A stretch of 64,000 nt of DNA from an uncultured cyanobacterium (GCA_963710605.1 CAVQBA010000007.1:64001-128000), one strand, 5' to 3'. Shown: positions 23,038 to 35,500, counted from the first letter of the stretch. Translations and numbers: made by a program. Notes: a model not told the origin generated them from the sequence alone.

Positions 23038-25107
23038 TTACTTGGCTGTATTACTTAAACCATCATCATCATCTGATGACGTTGTTGGGGTATAACTTTC
23101 TGTTGGCGTTGATTCAGGGGTAGTAAAATCAGAGCTAGAATCATCAATTAAAGTTGAAGTTTGAGTATCATCAGATGATTGTAATAATTGCTGAATACTT
23201 TTAATTAAGCTACCTAACTTGCCTTCATCTAATAAAGTATTAACTAAAGACAAACCACTAGTAGAAAGCAAAATTTTGTTGATATCACTAGCACCATTAG
23301 TGCCGTTACCACCATTGGGGAATGAATAAATCCGAGCATCTCCTAACACTCCTTTTTGTGGAGCTAAGGATTTTAGTATTTCAGGCAGTTGTGGAGCGAT
23401 TAACGGTAAAATTTCTTTTATAATCTCCGCAGTCCGATTAGCATTATTAAGGTTATTTTCGGCTTGAATCTCAGCGAGTTTACCTTGGGCTTCAGCTAAA
23501 GATTTATATTTTTGGGCATCAGCTAAGGTACGGATTGATTCAGCTTCTAATTCGGCGGCTTGACGTGCAATTTCAGCTTGACGACGACGACGGAAGACAT
23601 CTATTTCAACGACGTTTTGATCAGTAATTCGTTTTTCGTTAGCTTCTCTTTCAGCAACGATTACGGATAATTGTTTTTCTCTTTCGGCATTTTCTACTTG
23701 TCTGGCGGTTTTAACTGCTTCTTCTGCTTGAGCTTTTTCGGCTTCGGCGGCAAATCTATCTTTTTCTTTTTGAGAGATAGCTATGGAGGCTTCTTGTTGG
23801 GCTATTTGTGATTCTTGATCAGCTTGTGCGATCGCTATTGTAGCTCTTAAACGAGAAGATTGTACTGTTTGCTCACGTTCAATCTCAGCAACTTCTGCTT
23901 CTTGTGCTTGTATAGTCTGAGCGACTTTTAGTTGTTTATTACGCTCTTCTAAAGCGATATTAGCTTGAATTTGACTTGCTTGGACGGCTAATTTTTGTTT
24001 AATTTGTTCTTCTTCGATCGCTTGTTGTTGTAAGATTTGGTTACGTTCGATTTTAGCTTGTTCTTGATCTTTTGATTCTTGAATTTCTCTTTCTCGTTGG
24101 GCTTTTAAAAACTCAATATCTTTTTTTTGAGTTAGCTTAGCTTCTTCTTTTTGTTTATTGATTAGTAAAGATTGTTTTTCGGCTTCTAATTCTTGTTGTT
24201 CGATCGCAATTTGCGTATTTAATTCTATTTCTTTTTTCTCTCTTTGATTAGTTAACTCTACATCAAATTTTTGCTTAATTGATTGTTGAATTGTTTCGGT
24301 ACGTAAACGCACACCTTGAGCATCAAAAAAGTTATTCTCATCATAAGTATCACTTTCTTCAATCTCAGAAATAGCGATATTATTTAAAGTTAAACCTACT
24401 TTTTTTAAGTCTTGTTGAATTAAGTTTAAAACTTCATCAGCAAAACCTAATTTATCTGAATCTATCTCAGCAATACTTTTCTTTTTAGCGGCGGCACGAA
24501 TGGCATCATCTGCTCTTTTTTCTAATGCTTCTTTAATATCTATTTCTGATATTTTTCCTTGTTTAGAAAGTCTTTGGGCGGCAGTTAAAACGGCATCTTT
24601 ATCAGCACTAATACAAACATAAAAAGTAACCCGCATATTCGCTCTGAGGTAGTCTCTAGTACGTACGGCTAAGTTACCTTGTCTTACTACATCAATCGAT
24701 ATTTCTCTTAAAGGTACACGGGTTAATTCATGAATACCCGGAATAACGATACAACCACCATTTAAAATAACTTTTTTATCTTTAATAAATAAGCCACCAT
24801 TCCTGACAAATGCTTCGTTATTAGGTGTAACTACATAGACTCTGGTATAACCCCAAAGGGCAAGTAATCCTAATAAGACTAAGCCACCAATTAGACTAGC
24901 AAAAAAGGTCAAACTAGTAAACGAACCAACTAAATTTAGTTGACCAATAATCGGTGGATTATTAACTGGTATTTGAGCAAGTTGCTTAGTTGTATTTGTA
25001 CTTGAATCAATTAGTAATGACGAATTAATATCTAACTCTAAATATTCTTCTATACTATTGATTTTATTAGTAGGTAGCTGTTGGATAAATTCTAACCAAA
25101 ATTTCAT
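23038..25107 (-). CDS. Flotillin/SPFH-domain protein (YqiK-like)
   Basis: TM segment, SPFH domain, long AE/Q-rich coiled coil. Confidence 0.9.
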   Translation of the reverse strand: MKFWLEFIQQLPTNKINSIEEYLELDINSSLLIDSSTNTTKQLAQIPVNNPPIIGQLNLVGSFTSLTFFASLIGGLVLLGLLALWGYTRVYVVTPNNEAFVRNGGLFIKDKKVILNGGCIVIPGIHELTRVPLREISIDVVRQGNLAVRTRDYLRANMRVTFYVCISADKDAVLTAAQRLSKQGKISEIDIKEALEKRADDAIRAAAKKKSIAEIDSDKLGFADEVLNLIQQDLKKVGLTLNNIAISEIEESDTYDENNFFDAQGVRLRTETIQQSIKQKFDVELTNQREKKEIELNTQIAIEQQELEAEKQSLLINKQKEEAKLTQKKDIEFLKAQREREIQESKDQEQAKIERNQILQQQAIEEEQIKQKLAVQASQIQANIALEERNKQLKVAQTIQAQEAEVAEIEREQTVQSSRLRATIAIAQADQESQIAQQEASIAISQKEKDRFAAEAEKAQAEEAVKTARQVENAEREKQLSVIVAEREANEKRITDQNVVEIDVFRRRRQAEIARQAAELEAESIRTLADAQKYKSLAEAQGKLAEIQAENNLNNANRTAEIIKEILPLIAPQLPEILKSLAPQKGVLGDARIYSFPNGGNGTNGASDINKILLSTSGLSLVNTLLDEGKLGSLIKSIQQLLQSSDDTQTSTLIDDSSSDFTTPESTPTESYTPTTSSDDDDGLSNTAK

Positions 25108-25289
25108 TTCTCTAACCCTCTTCTAATGATTAAACTTTTATTTTTCTAATCTAAGTCTTAGTGTAGTAAATATTCTTTTTAACTTAAATTAATAATTGTT
25201 AACTATTAACTCTATTTACTAATATTTTTTTATTGACTAATATTTATCTACCAGTATATAAGTAGTTAAAAATAACTGATTACTGATTA

Positions 25290-26042
25290 CTAATTATTAA
25301 TTAAATTAATCCATTTATCTTGATCTGAGCTATCTTTAGCAATCGCTAAAAAATAGTTTGGACGTTGTTCTATAACTAGTATTTCTTCTCCTCTGACAGG
25401 GATAACATTTGCCCATTCAGGTAAACAAATTTCGATCGTGACTAAATTACTATTAGAATCTAAGACATCAGCTTGAGCGATTCTACCTTCAATAATATAA
25501 GGTACTTGTTTTGAGGTAACGTTACCATAACAACCAATCAAACGATCGCCTTTTGTTTCTTCTCCTGCTTCTTGAAAGATTTGCCCGATCGGGTTTGATA
25601 ATATTTTGCCTACCCAAAGACTAAAAAACAAAGAAGCAAAGAAAATAAAGATTTCTAAAAAACCAGTCGGATTAGTTTCGGTGATTGTACCGATGATAAC
25701 TGTCAAAAACCAACCTGTAACTCCCCAAGTGCAAAAATCGATCGCTAATAAAATAAGTAACGGAGTTTTACCAATACCAAACCAAGCTAAAAAGGATAAA
25801 AACCCCGAACCTATATCTTGTTGCTCGGTAGCTGTATCTTGGTTAATATCAAAATCATTATCAACTTTTACGGTAAAATCAAGAGGGCTATCAATATCAG
25901 TATCTATATCTACATCTACATCAACGTCTGCATCCGAATCTAAACCTTCTCCATCCGCACCAGAGATGATAACAATTAAAAATAAAAGAATACCAGTAGC
26001 CAGAAAAATCCAGTAAGTTAGATTAGCTAGATCAAAAAGCAT
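25290..26042 (-). CDS. YqiJ/NfeD-like membrane partner of flotillin
   Basis: TM segment, acidic DxD linker, GKTPLLILL, C-terminal OB-like domain; directly upstream of flotillin. Confidence 0.8.
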   Translation of the reverse strand: MLFDLANLTYWIFLATGILLFLIVIISGADGEGLDSDADVDVDVDIDTDIDSPLDFTVKVDNDFDINQDTATEQQDIGSGFLSFLAWFGIGKTPLLILLAIDFCTWGVTGWFLTVIIGTITETNPTGFLEIFIFFASLFFSLWVGKILSNPIGQIFQEAGEETKGDRLIGCYGNVTSKQVPYIIEGRIAQADVLDSNSNLVTIEICLPEWANVIPVRGEEILVIEQRPNYFLAIAKDSSDQDKWINLINN

Positions 26043-26340
26043 ATTAAAGTTGACCAATAAAAATCTCAAAAAGCTCAGTTGCTTTTCACTATTAGCTTAC
26101 CCTTTTCTTTCCTTAATAGATCGATTGTTAAGTAAATTTAAAACAATGATCAATGTATTAGTTATCAATTATCAATTCATAAGTATTAATTGATACTATC
26201 TAAATAAAATATTTATTTGAAAATTAAGTATTAATAGTTTCGATAGTAAATTAAGTAAAATAAAATAGTAATTTCTTCAACAGCCAAACATGAGTCAAAT
26301 AGTTTTCGCTCTTATTAATTACTAAGATTTAATTAGAATA

Positions 26341-27123
26341 ATGACACAATCAAATAATTCACCTCAAATACCTATTCGTGAGTTTGTTGGTGCAAAGCAA
26401 CTTAATTTGTTTCAAACTTTAAAACAGCCTCAATTCACAGGAGAGTTAGTCATTAATTCATCTAGGAATGAAGAGTGGACTTTTTATTTTTATTTAGGGC
26501 GTATTCTTTACGCAACAGGTGGCAAACATCCTGTCAGACGTTGGTTAAGAAATGTTAAATATATTACACCGAATGTAATTGATCAATTTTCTTTAGTTGA
26601 TCCTATATTGTTACAGAAAAAACAATTTCAACAATACTGGGAGTACGAGTTATTAAATTATTGGTTAATTAAAGGTATTGTGACTAGAGAACATTTAGGT
26701 AAAATCATTCCTAATATTATCGTCGAAGTCTTATTTGATATTACTCAACGGATGGAAATAGTTTTTCAGTTATCAGAAAAGCGATCGTTATCAACTCAAT
26801 TAGTCTTTGTCAATCCCGAACAAGTTATTACTCAAGCGTCTAATAACTGGGATAGATGGCAAAAAGCTCAATTAGCCGATCGTTTTCCTAATCATTGCCC
26901 AATAATATTACAATCTGAGCAGTTAAAAAAACAGACTTCTAACCAAGCTTACCAAATAATGACTAAATTATTTAATGGCAAGAATACTTTACGAGATTTA
27001 AGTCTTCAGTTAAAACAAAATACAACTTCGGTGACTAAATCGATGTTACCTTATATTCAAATGGGATTAATTGATTTGATTGCAATTCGTGATTTACCAA
27101 TACCACTCAAGTTTACAAAGTAA
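26341..27123 (+). CDS. PatA-N/DUF4388-like protein without a receiver domain
   Basis: FTGEL, FYLGRILYATGGKHPVRRW, GKNTLRDL. Confidence 0.8.
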   Translation: MTQSNNSPQIPIREFVGAKQLNLFQTLKQPQFTGELVINSSRNEEWTFYFYLGRILYATGGKHPVRRWLRNVKYITPNVIDQFSLVDPILLQKKQFQQYWEYELLNYWLIKGIVTREHLGKIIPNIIVEVLFDITQRMEIVFQLSEKRSLSTQLVFVNPEQVITQASNNWDRWQKAQLADRFPNHCPIILQSEQLKKQTSNQAYQIMTKLFNGKNTLRDLSLQLKQNTTSVTKSMLPYIQMGLIDLIAIRDLPIPLKFTK

Positions 27124-27231
27124 AACCCCACCGTTATTTCAGTGAACAATGAACAATGAACAATGAACAATGAATACTGTAATTAGATGGGGCTGTGCAA
27201 TCGTTTTTAATTAGTTAAGTTATCTTGAAAA

Positions 27232-29004
27232 TTATTCTGTCACTGCGGCTTTACTAGCCATAGCAGTTAAACCAAAACAGAGAAAAGCATTAACTAACAG
27301 AAATATTTGAGAAGGCAAACCAGCAGCGAAACCCCAAACTAAAGGATTAGTAAAAGCGGTAATTGCTAAACAAGAAGCAACGCCCAAACTACTTCCAAGT
27401 GCCACCCATTTGAATATAGGATGTTGTAAAAATAGAACTATTAAAACAAAAGGAATTAAAGCACTAGCAAAAATAGGGTTTAAACTAGGTGTTGCCATCA
27501 CTACGTTACCTAATTCAGGAAGTGAGCTACCCATCAAACGTAATGGCCATTGAGGTAAATCGAAGATATAGAGGCTTTGTAATAAGAATAAACCGCTACT
27601 ACCAAAAACTAAACCTGTTCCTAAACTGAGATTGAAAACAAGATAGTTACGTAAGAACCAAGCTAGTAAATACGAACCGAGTACCATACCAACTTTTGGT
27701 AATAAAGCAATCGTACCACCATCTAACCAAAAACGCATATTCAGATAGCCATTTTCTTTTAACCAACGCCAAAAATCTTTGGGGGTGATTTGACCTTTTA
27801 AGGCTAATTGAACGGCTTGAGTAGCATCTAATTCGCCTGCACCATATTCGTTAAGAGTATCTTTTTCTACTTTACGAGCAGATTGTAAAAGTACTTGTCG
27901 CACTTCATCAGGCTCGGTTACTCCTACGGCTTTGATTAAAGCGGCTACCCCTGCTACGTGAGGTGCTGCCATACTTGTACCTTGAAAACCAGCAAAAGTA
28001 GGTAATTGCTCTTCTCCTGCTAAAATCTCTTGGACGATTAAACCTGCTTCAGTGCTACCACCAGGAGCGGAAATATCAACCCCCGCACCAAAGTTAGAAT
28101 AAGGAGCTTTTTTACCCGCAGAGTCTGTAGCAGAAACACTAATTACCTCTGGATAACGGGCAGGATAAGAAGAACTATTACGATTTTCGTTCCCCGCCGC
28201 ACCGATAATAACAACTCCTTTCTCGTGGGCATATTTAATTGCTTCAGCAAGTACGTCGCTCTCGCCTGAGCCACCTAAACTCATGTTAATCACGTCAGCA
28301 TTATTATCCGCCGCAAACTTAATTCCCTCAGCAATATCAACTACCGTACCGCCATTAAGCCCTAATACTTTGATGGGCATAATTTTGGCTTTGTAAGCAA
28401 TACCTGCGACACCATAGTTATTGTTAGTCGATTGAGCGATCGTACCAGCAACGTGAGTACCATGTCCAACATCATCATTAGCGATAACGTCATCGTTAAC
28501 AAAATCGTAACCGGCAACAAATTCTGTTTGTTCAAAATCAGGTACTGGGCTTACACCTGTATCGATAACAGCAACAACAATACCTTCTCCTTTACTGTCT
28601 TCCCATGCTTGCTCAACATTAATACTGCGTAAATTCCATTGCTCACTATAGCTAGGATCATTAGGTATTTCTAAGCTATGGTAAATATAGTTAGGTTCGA
28701 TCGATTCAAATTGTCCTTTAAGGGATGATTTTTTGAGTCTTTTAAGATCTTTTTTGTTTCCTTCGATAATATAAACATTGTCTTCAGCAGAAAAAATACT
28801 GTTTAAATTCGGTATATCTTCAAGTTGTGAAGCGATCGTTTGTAAACTTTTATTTAATTCGGTAGTGGAAATATCTTCACGAAAATCAATAATTAATGAA
28901 TCATATTCTCCTTGAACGGCTAAACCTTTAAAACTAAATAAGGCAAACCCTACACCTACAACAAATGTAAATAGAAGTAGTAATAGTTTTTTCATAATGG
29001 TCAC
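27232..29004 (-). CDS. S8 subtilisin-like serine protease with membrane C-terminus
   Basis: VAVIDTGV, GHGTHVAGTIA, GTSMAAPHVAG catalytic triad. Confidence 0.94.
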   Translation of the reverse strand: MTIMKKLLLLLFTFVVGVGFALFSFKGLAVQGEYDSLIIDFREDISTTELNKSLQTIASQLEDIPNLNSIFSAEDNVYIIEGNKKDLKRLKKSSLKGQFESIEPNYIYHSLEIPNDPSYSEQWNLRSINVEQAWEDSKGEGIVVAVIDTGVSPVPDFEQTEFVAGYDFVNDDVIANDDVGHGTHVAGTIAQSTNNNYGVAGIAYKAKIMPIKVLGLNGGTVVDIAEGIKFAADNNADVINMSLGGSGESDVLAEAIKYAHEKGVVIIGAAGNENRNSSSYPARYPEVISVSATDSAGKKAPYSNFGAGVDISAPGGSTEAGLIVQEILAGEEQLPTFAGFQGTSMAAPHVAGVAALIKAVGVTEPDEVRQVLLQSARKVEKDTLNEYGAGELDATQAVQLALKGQITPKDFWRWLKENGYLNMRFWLDGGTIALLPKVGMVLGSYLLAWFLRNYLVFNLSLGTGLVFGSSGLFLLQSLYIFDLPQWPLRLMGSSLPELGNVVMATPSLNPIFASALIPFVLIVLFLQHPIFKWVALGSSLGVASCLAITAFTNPLVWGFAAGLPSQIFLLVNAFLCFGLTAMASKAAVTE

Positions 29005-29352
29005 TGTAAGTAGCGTGAGACTGATTTGACTATTATAAACAAAACTAATTCAAACAATTGACAACCAGTAACTATTTTTAGCACTTTAGTGATCGTATAA
29101 ATCATAATTAAGACGGTTGAAAAGACAATCGATACGTCCTACTAAATCCCTATCCCTTTAAATTCCCTGCCCCCTAAATCCCCAGAACCCCTCTGCCTTT
29201 GGCATCTCCCCTAAAAAGGGGAGACTGGGGGACTTGCTTGCTAAAAACAACTGTTGCAAATTTTATTTGAATTGGTATTCAGACGCTTAAAAAGGTTTAT
29301 TCTCATAACAGATGGCTTAAATACCATCACTAACTAATTAAAAATTTAACTA

Positions 29353-30028
29353 ATGAAACTTAATGAAGTTGTACCTTGGGGACGATCGTTATTAGAATAT
29401 AAATTGATGTTTAATCTTTCTGAAGTTGATTTAAACTCAAAAATTCTTGGTTGTGGCGATGGCCCAGCTAGTTTTAACGCCGAAATGACAGCTTTAAAAT
29501 ATGATGTAGTCTCGAATCGATCCTATTTATCAGTATAACGCCCAACAAATTAGACAAAGAGTTGAAAATACATATCCGACGATTGTCTCACAATTAAAAC
29601 AAAATAGCGATCGTTATAGTTGGAAGAATTTTAGGGATGCCGATGAAGTAGGAGAAGTTAGACTAAAAGCAATGGAAGAGTTTTTGTTAGATTACCAATC
29701 AGCAAGGGCGAAAAGTCGTTATTTTAATCAGTCATTACCAAAATTAGATTTTGACGATAATCAGTTTGATTTGTGTTTGTGTTCTCATTTATTATTTTTA
29801 TATTCAGACAAATTATCTTTAGATTTTCATCTTCAAGCCATTACTGAATTATTACGAGTTTCTGCTCAAGTCAGGATTTTTCCTTTACTTACTCTTGATT
29901 GTGAATTCTCTCCTTATATCGATGGAGTTAAAGAAAAATTATTCAACCAAGGAATTAATGTAGAAATTGAAACAGTTGCTTATGAATTTCAAAAAGGAGG
30001 TAATCAAATGATAAAAATTAGTTGTTAG
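29353..30028 (+). CDS. SAM-dependent methyltransferase, +1 frameshift near 29515
   Basis: ILGCGDGPASFNAE then VVS/IDPIYQ in another frame; FDLCLCSHLLFLYS. Confidence 0.8.
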
Positions 30029-30053
30029 ATAAAAGATTGATTAGCTTTAATGA

Positions 30054-30215
30054 TATAGTCATTTCAAAAAAGAATTGAGACAGTATTAATAATCGCAAAA
30101 AGATGAGTATGAATCCCGCCTTGAATTATCATTACAAGGCTAACAAAATCCGTTTAATAAATTAAACTAAAATCTAATTTCAAAAATTCTCTCATCGTTA
30201 TTTTAAACGACTATA
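30054..30215. mobile_element. About 160-bp MITE, copy A
   Basis: TATAGTC...GACTATA ends; inverted homologous copy at 59718-59877. Confidence 0.8.
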
Positions 30216-30270
30216 ACTATGAATTAGATTCGATCGTAATTGATTTACAGCAACAAATCAGTTTAAAACA

Positions 30271-31662
30271 ATGGAATTATTTAATCGTTGGCAATCTTCG
30301 TTTTATTTTCTTTTACTCAATCCTAATGAAACTAAAATATGGATTGAATTTGATGGTGATAACTATTATTTACCTCATGTAGAAATCGGTCAAGCAGTTT
30401 GGTTGGGTGAGTTTCAAGAAATTAAAAATGCGATCGAGCCTCAATTTGAGATTGCGGTCAATATCTTGCATTACATCACTTATGACGTGGATAAAAAAAA
30501 GCGTCAGATTAAAGGTATCTATGTTTTAGAACAACATAATCCTAAGCAAACCAAACCAAACAAAAACGGATTTTGGTGTGATAGTTCTAAATTAGCCAGT
30601 ATAAATTTTAGTTGCCATCAACACAAATCGATTGTACAAAAATACTTACAAGAAATTGAAGATGGTTATGTTTCACCATTTAGTCCACCTTGGGCAAAAG
30701 CTGGCTGGCTAGAAGAGGTTACTGTTTGGATTAAAGAACAACTTAATCAATTAGGTTATCAACAAATAGAGTCGATCGAATATCTAAAAATTTGGTCAAT
30801 ATCTGCTGTACTCAAAATTTCCACTTCTGAAAATACATTTTATTTCAAACAAGCTTCTCCTCATTTACCTCTTTTTTGTAATGAGCCAGCAATTACCGAT
30901 GAATTAGCCACTTTGTTTCCTGATCAGATACCAACTATCATCAAAATCGATCGACAACGTCATTGGATGTTAATGGCAGATTTTGGTAATTCAACAGGTG
31001 GTGATGCCTCACGCAATATTAAAGAAGATATTTATCGATCGTATGCTCAAATACAAATACGGTCAATTCCAGAGTGCGATCGTTTATTAATAGTTGGTTG
31101 TATCGATCGACGTTTGGATGTTTTACAATCTCAAATAGATAATTTGATTAACCAGATACAACCCTCATCCGAATTATCTGACAAAGAAATTGAGCAATTA
31201 CAAAGTCTTGCCCCTCAACTAAAAGATTTATGCGATCGATTAGCTAGTTATAATATTCCTCAAACGATCGTACATGGCGATTTACATTTAGGTAATGTTG
31301 CTTTATCCGATGATAGTTACATTTTTTTTGATTGGACAGATAGTTGTATTAGTCACCCTTTCTTCGATTTTTTTGAATTATACTTCTCCAGAAACCAAAA
31401 CTCTTTTTTCTCTTTTTTTACTCGTGTTTGGAAAGCTAGGTATCAAAAACGTTTACGCGATCGATATTTGAGTCAGTGGACAAATTACGAACCAATGGAG
31501 CGTTTACTCGAAGCATGGAATCTTGCCAAACCTTTATGTGCATTACATCATGCTGTTACTTATCACAGTATGCTAAATCATTTAGAACCAAAGAGCAAAC
31601 AAGAGCTTAACGCTTTACCTTACTTTATCAAAGAAATTATTCAATCTTTGCCCTCAAAGTAA
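30271..31662 (+). CDS. Aminoglycoside-phosphotransferase-like kinase
   Basis: FYFKQ, IVHGDLHLGN, FFDWTD, HPFFD. Confidence 0.85.
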   Translation: MELFNRWQSSFYFLLLNPNETKIWIEFDGDNYYLPHVEIGQAVWLGEFQEIKNAIEPQFEIAVNILHYITYDVDKKKRQIKGIYVLEQHNPKQTKPNKNGFWCDSSKLASINFSCHQHKSIVQKYLQEIEDGYVSPFSPPWAKAGWLEEVTVWIKEQLNQLGYQQIESIEYLKIWSISAVLKISTSENTFYFKQASPHLPLFCNEPAITDELATLFPDQIPTIIKIDRQRHWMLMADFGNSTGGDASRNIKEDIYRSYAQIQIRSIPECDRLLIVGCIDRRLDVLQSQIDNLINQIQPSSELSDKEIEQLQSLAPQLKDLCDRLASYNIPQTIVHGDLHLGNVALSDDSYIFFDWTDSCISHPFFDFFELYFSRNQNSFFSFFTRVWKARYQKRLRDRYLSQWTNYEPMERLLEAWNLAKPLCALHHAVTYHSMLNHLEPKSKQELNALPYFIKEIIQSLPSK

Positions 31663-31769
31663 ACGGGTTATTTTTATAGTAATTTCAAATAAAAACTAAC
31701 TATTATAATGTAGGGACGTAGCAGTGCTACGTCCCTACCAGATTTTTTATTTAAATTACTTATTTTATT

Positions 31770-32081
31770 ATGGCTAAAATATTTGCTGTTGTTGTCGCTA
31801 CTGTGCCAAACTATTACGAATATAAAAAAGAACATCCCGAACACGATCGAGATCAAATAGCTTGGTTTAAAGAGCAAGCAGGTAAAGGTATTTTACTCTC
31901 CTGTGGTCCTTTTTATCCTCATGATGGTACGGGGATTTGGGTAATACAAGCAGAAGATATAGAAGAAGCGAAGAAAATAGTTAATACTAGTCCTAGAGTA
32001 AGGGATGGTTTGTTAGATGATACAGCCAGAATTGTAGAGTGGCAAGTTCATATCGGACGCAATCGATTTTTAGAAGAATAA
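31770..32081 (+). CDS. YciI family protein
   Basis: PEH...WF, GILLSCGPF, G.WVIQAEDIEEA. Confidence 0.78.
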   Translation: MAKIFAVVVATVPNYYEYKKEHPEHDRDQIAWFKEQAGKGILLSCGPFYPHDGTGIWVIQAEDIEEAKKIVNTSPRVRDGLLDDTARIVEWQVHIGRNRFLEE

Positions 32082-32082
32082 A

Positions 32083-32190
32083 TATAGCAATTATTGATGA
32101 AATGAAGTACAAACTAATCCCCCTAAATCCCCCTTCGCAAGGGGGACTTACTAATTGTAACTGTACCTCATAATTATGAGAAACGCTATA
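32083..32190. repeat. TATAGC...GCTATA cassette containing a REP-like hairpin
   Basis: CCCCCTT-CGC-AAGGGGG hairpin inside inverted ends; relatives at 1795-1915 and 41762-41868. Confidence 0.65.
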
Positions 32191-32576
32191 TAAGTTTCAA
32201 CAATTAATAATTAATAATGAATAATTAATAATTAACAATCACCTCTGGTTGAAAAGAAGAGGATTGACTAATGTGCGAAAATTTTTATTTATTATCCCCT
32301 TCAAAGGGGCAGGGCTGATTCATTCTCCGAGCCAAAAATTAGCTCAAGGTTAATGACAAAATTATTTTTACCAAAAAACTTGAAAGTGATTAGCCGTTAT
32401 TTTATCGATCGTTATTTTTCTTTATTTTAATCTCGATCATACTACTCATAATCTCTTACAGCTAATTTTGAAGACAAAATAAACTTGATTAGTATCATCT
32501 TTAATTGACATTGACTAAAAAATCAAGCACAATTAAATAAATACTTATATACTGATAAAGTTCGGGGGCAATAGTC

Positions 32577-35500
32577 ATGAAGTTAGCAAAAAGGGTTACT
32601 TTACATTATCAAGCTGGTAATTCTAATAAAGTTTACGAAGTAGATTTATGTCAAATTTCTGATGATAAATACCTCGTTAACTTTCGTTATGGCAAACGTG
32701 GCAAAAACTTAAAAGAAGGAAGCAAAACGATTCAAGCAGTATCTTTAGTTGAAGCCGAGAAAATTTTTGACAAACTAATTGCCGATAAAAAGAAGAAAGG
32801 TTATCAAGATATTAATGATGTCGTCACAGAAGTCATAGATAGCCCACAAGTAAATACAACTAGTCGAAGTAACAATCCACGACATCAAGCAATTATCGAT
32901 CGTTTGAGAGAACAAAATAGTAAAAATTGGTCATTAAATCGAGTAATTTGGCGTGCGGGAGAGTTAAAAATAAAAGAAGTCGTACCTTTTTTGATTGATT
33001 TAATTGGTACAGAAAAACCATTAAGAGATTATTGTATAGCGTGGGCTTTAGGTAAATGTGGAGAAGGAAATGCTGATGCTATTACAGAATTAAATTCTTT
33101 AGTTAATGGATCATATTATCCTGAATTTGTCAACCGTATTGCTTGGGAAGCTTTGTATAACTTATCTAATGAACAAGGTAAGCAAGTTATGCGATCGCAA
33201 AAAATCAGCGAACTTCCTTTGGCATTAAGAGAATTAGCTCAAAATGGTACAACTAAGATATTCAAATCTGCTATACAAGCTTATCTAAAGCTCGAAGATT
33301 ATCGACGATTTAAAGTTATAGATACGCTATATCAAATTGATAATGAGTATGTTCGTCCTGCATTGTTAGATATAGTTAGAGAAGCACCTTTACAACCAAA
33401 TTATTTCAAACAACTACGACATATTTTCAAGATGGCAGAATACCGTGGTGATGGAGAAGTATTTGGTATATTAGCTCATCGTTTTGAGCTACAAGCTGGT
33501 AATTTTAATAATCCTAAAGGCTGGGGTGGGTATAATAGAGAAACTAGACGTGTGATTCGTTCAGAACGGATTTACTCACAAGAGCTTCAAAAACCAGACT
33601 CAAATAAAGCATACAGCGAACAAACTCGTGAATATCTGCGAAGACGAGTGTGGCGGACATTAAAAACGTTAGGAGAAGAAAACGAACCTGATTATGTGAA
33701 ATTAGCAACAGGTATTTTATTGTCATATAGTGATGCTGATGAAGAAGAAATAAAAGAATCTAGAGGTACTAAATATAGATATAACAAAGAAACTCGTAGA
33801 AGCGATCGTTATACTTATCATTTTCAATGGGATAAATATGCAACCCGTATAATATTAAATCATCTTCTTTACCAAAACAGTCCTCGTTATGAATCTCATC
33901 CTCAAGCTTGGCGTTGCACAGGTGATTACAAACTGGGAGATTCTTTACCTACAGTCAGAGAAGAAGCATTTCCCCAATTATGGAATCAACAACCATCTGC
34001 TTTATTAAGACTATTACAAGAAAGTAAATGTTTACCCGTACATGAATTTGCTCTCAAAGCTATTCAAGAAAATCAGGAGTATTGTCATAGTTTGGAGATT
34101 GCGACTCTGACTCAACTATTAGATACAACCTATGAGATTACCGCTCAATTTGCCTTTAATCTTGCCTGTGAAAAATATGATTCTCAAGCACCTAATCGTG
34201 AATTTGTTTTAGCTGTTGCTAACTGTATTTTAAGCACTGCCAGACAACAAGCTTATGAGTGGATAGAAGCACAACGAGAATACTTTTTTGAAGCTAGTGA
34301 ATTTATCGCAGGTTTAGTTACCAGTTTGCAAGACGATACTCGTGCATTTGCTCGTAAATTACTAAGTTCGACGATTTTAAATGATGCAACAGTACAGGTA
34401 TTAATTATCCGTCTAGTTGGTATATTGTTAGAACTTGACGAGACTCAACCCCAGATGGCGGAAGAAATCAGCGAAACATTATTATTGAGTTTTACACCTC
34501 AATTACGCACATTAGGATTTGATATTATTTTAGATTTATTAGCCCATCCTTTACCCGAAATACAAGTATTAGGGGCAAGAATCTTACTTAATCATCAAAC
34601 ACCAGCGATCGAATTACCATCAGACTTAATCGAGTCGTTGTTATCCTCTCCTCATGATTCAGTAAGAAGTGTCGGGATTAGAATATTTGGGCAATTACCA
34701 GACGAAAGATTGATGGACGATGATATTTTTATCATTGCCATGGCAGTAAATTATAGTAGTGATATACGTCAAGCGATTCGTCCTGTAATCGAACGTTTAG
34801 CCCAAAATCAGCCCGAATTTGGTTATCAAATAGCGATCGACTTAATCGATCTTTTAACCGAACCAGAAAGACATGAAGGAGTACATAAAGACTTGTTATT
34901 CATATTACGATCGAAGATGATACCTAATTGGATAACTCGCATACCTGTAGATAAAACAATCAGTTTGACTCGTGCCAAATCATCTATAGCACAAGAATTA
35001 GGCGGAATAATTTTACAAGCAAATAGTGATTCATTATGGTCAGAATTTGGAGCAAACCAGTTAGTCAAATTTGCTAACCATGAAGTTTTAGCTATTCGTC
35101 AAGCAGGATGGCAGATGATGGAATTAAAACTAGAAAGTATTCTTAATGATGAAGATGAAATGCTTTGTGCGGTGAAGATGTTAGAGGCAAAATGGGAAGA
35201 TTCGCAAGAATTTGCTCGATCGTTATTTGATAAACTAGACGATCAAGATTGGACACCAAGGATGATGATTGGTGTTTGTGATAGTACGAAAGAAAATGTA
35301 CGTCGTTTTGGTCGAGATATTGTTACTAGCAATTTCCAAGAAGAATACGGACAAGAGTATTTGTTGAAATTTAGCGAACATCCCAGTGCCGATATGCAGA
35401 TGTTTGTGACTAATTATTTAGAAACTTATGCGATGGATGATGAGGAAAGGTTGAAGCAGTTAGTACCTTATTTTGTGACTGTTTTGTCTGGGGTAAATAA

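Noticed and set aside
32190-32576. A third msr-msd unit upstream of the WGR gene
   Set aside because: GTGTATCGC and CAAGCATCACTAG motifs not found by eye here or elsewhere in the window
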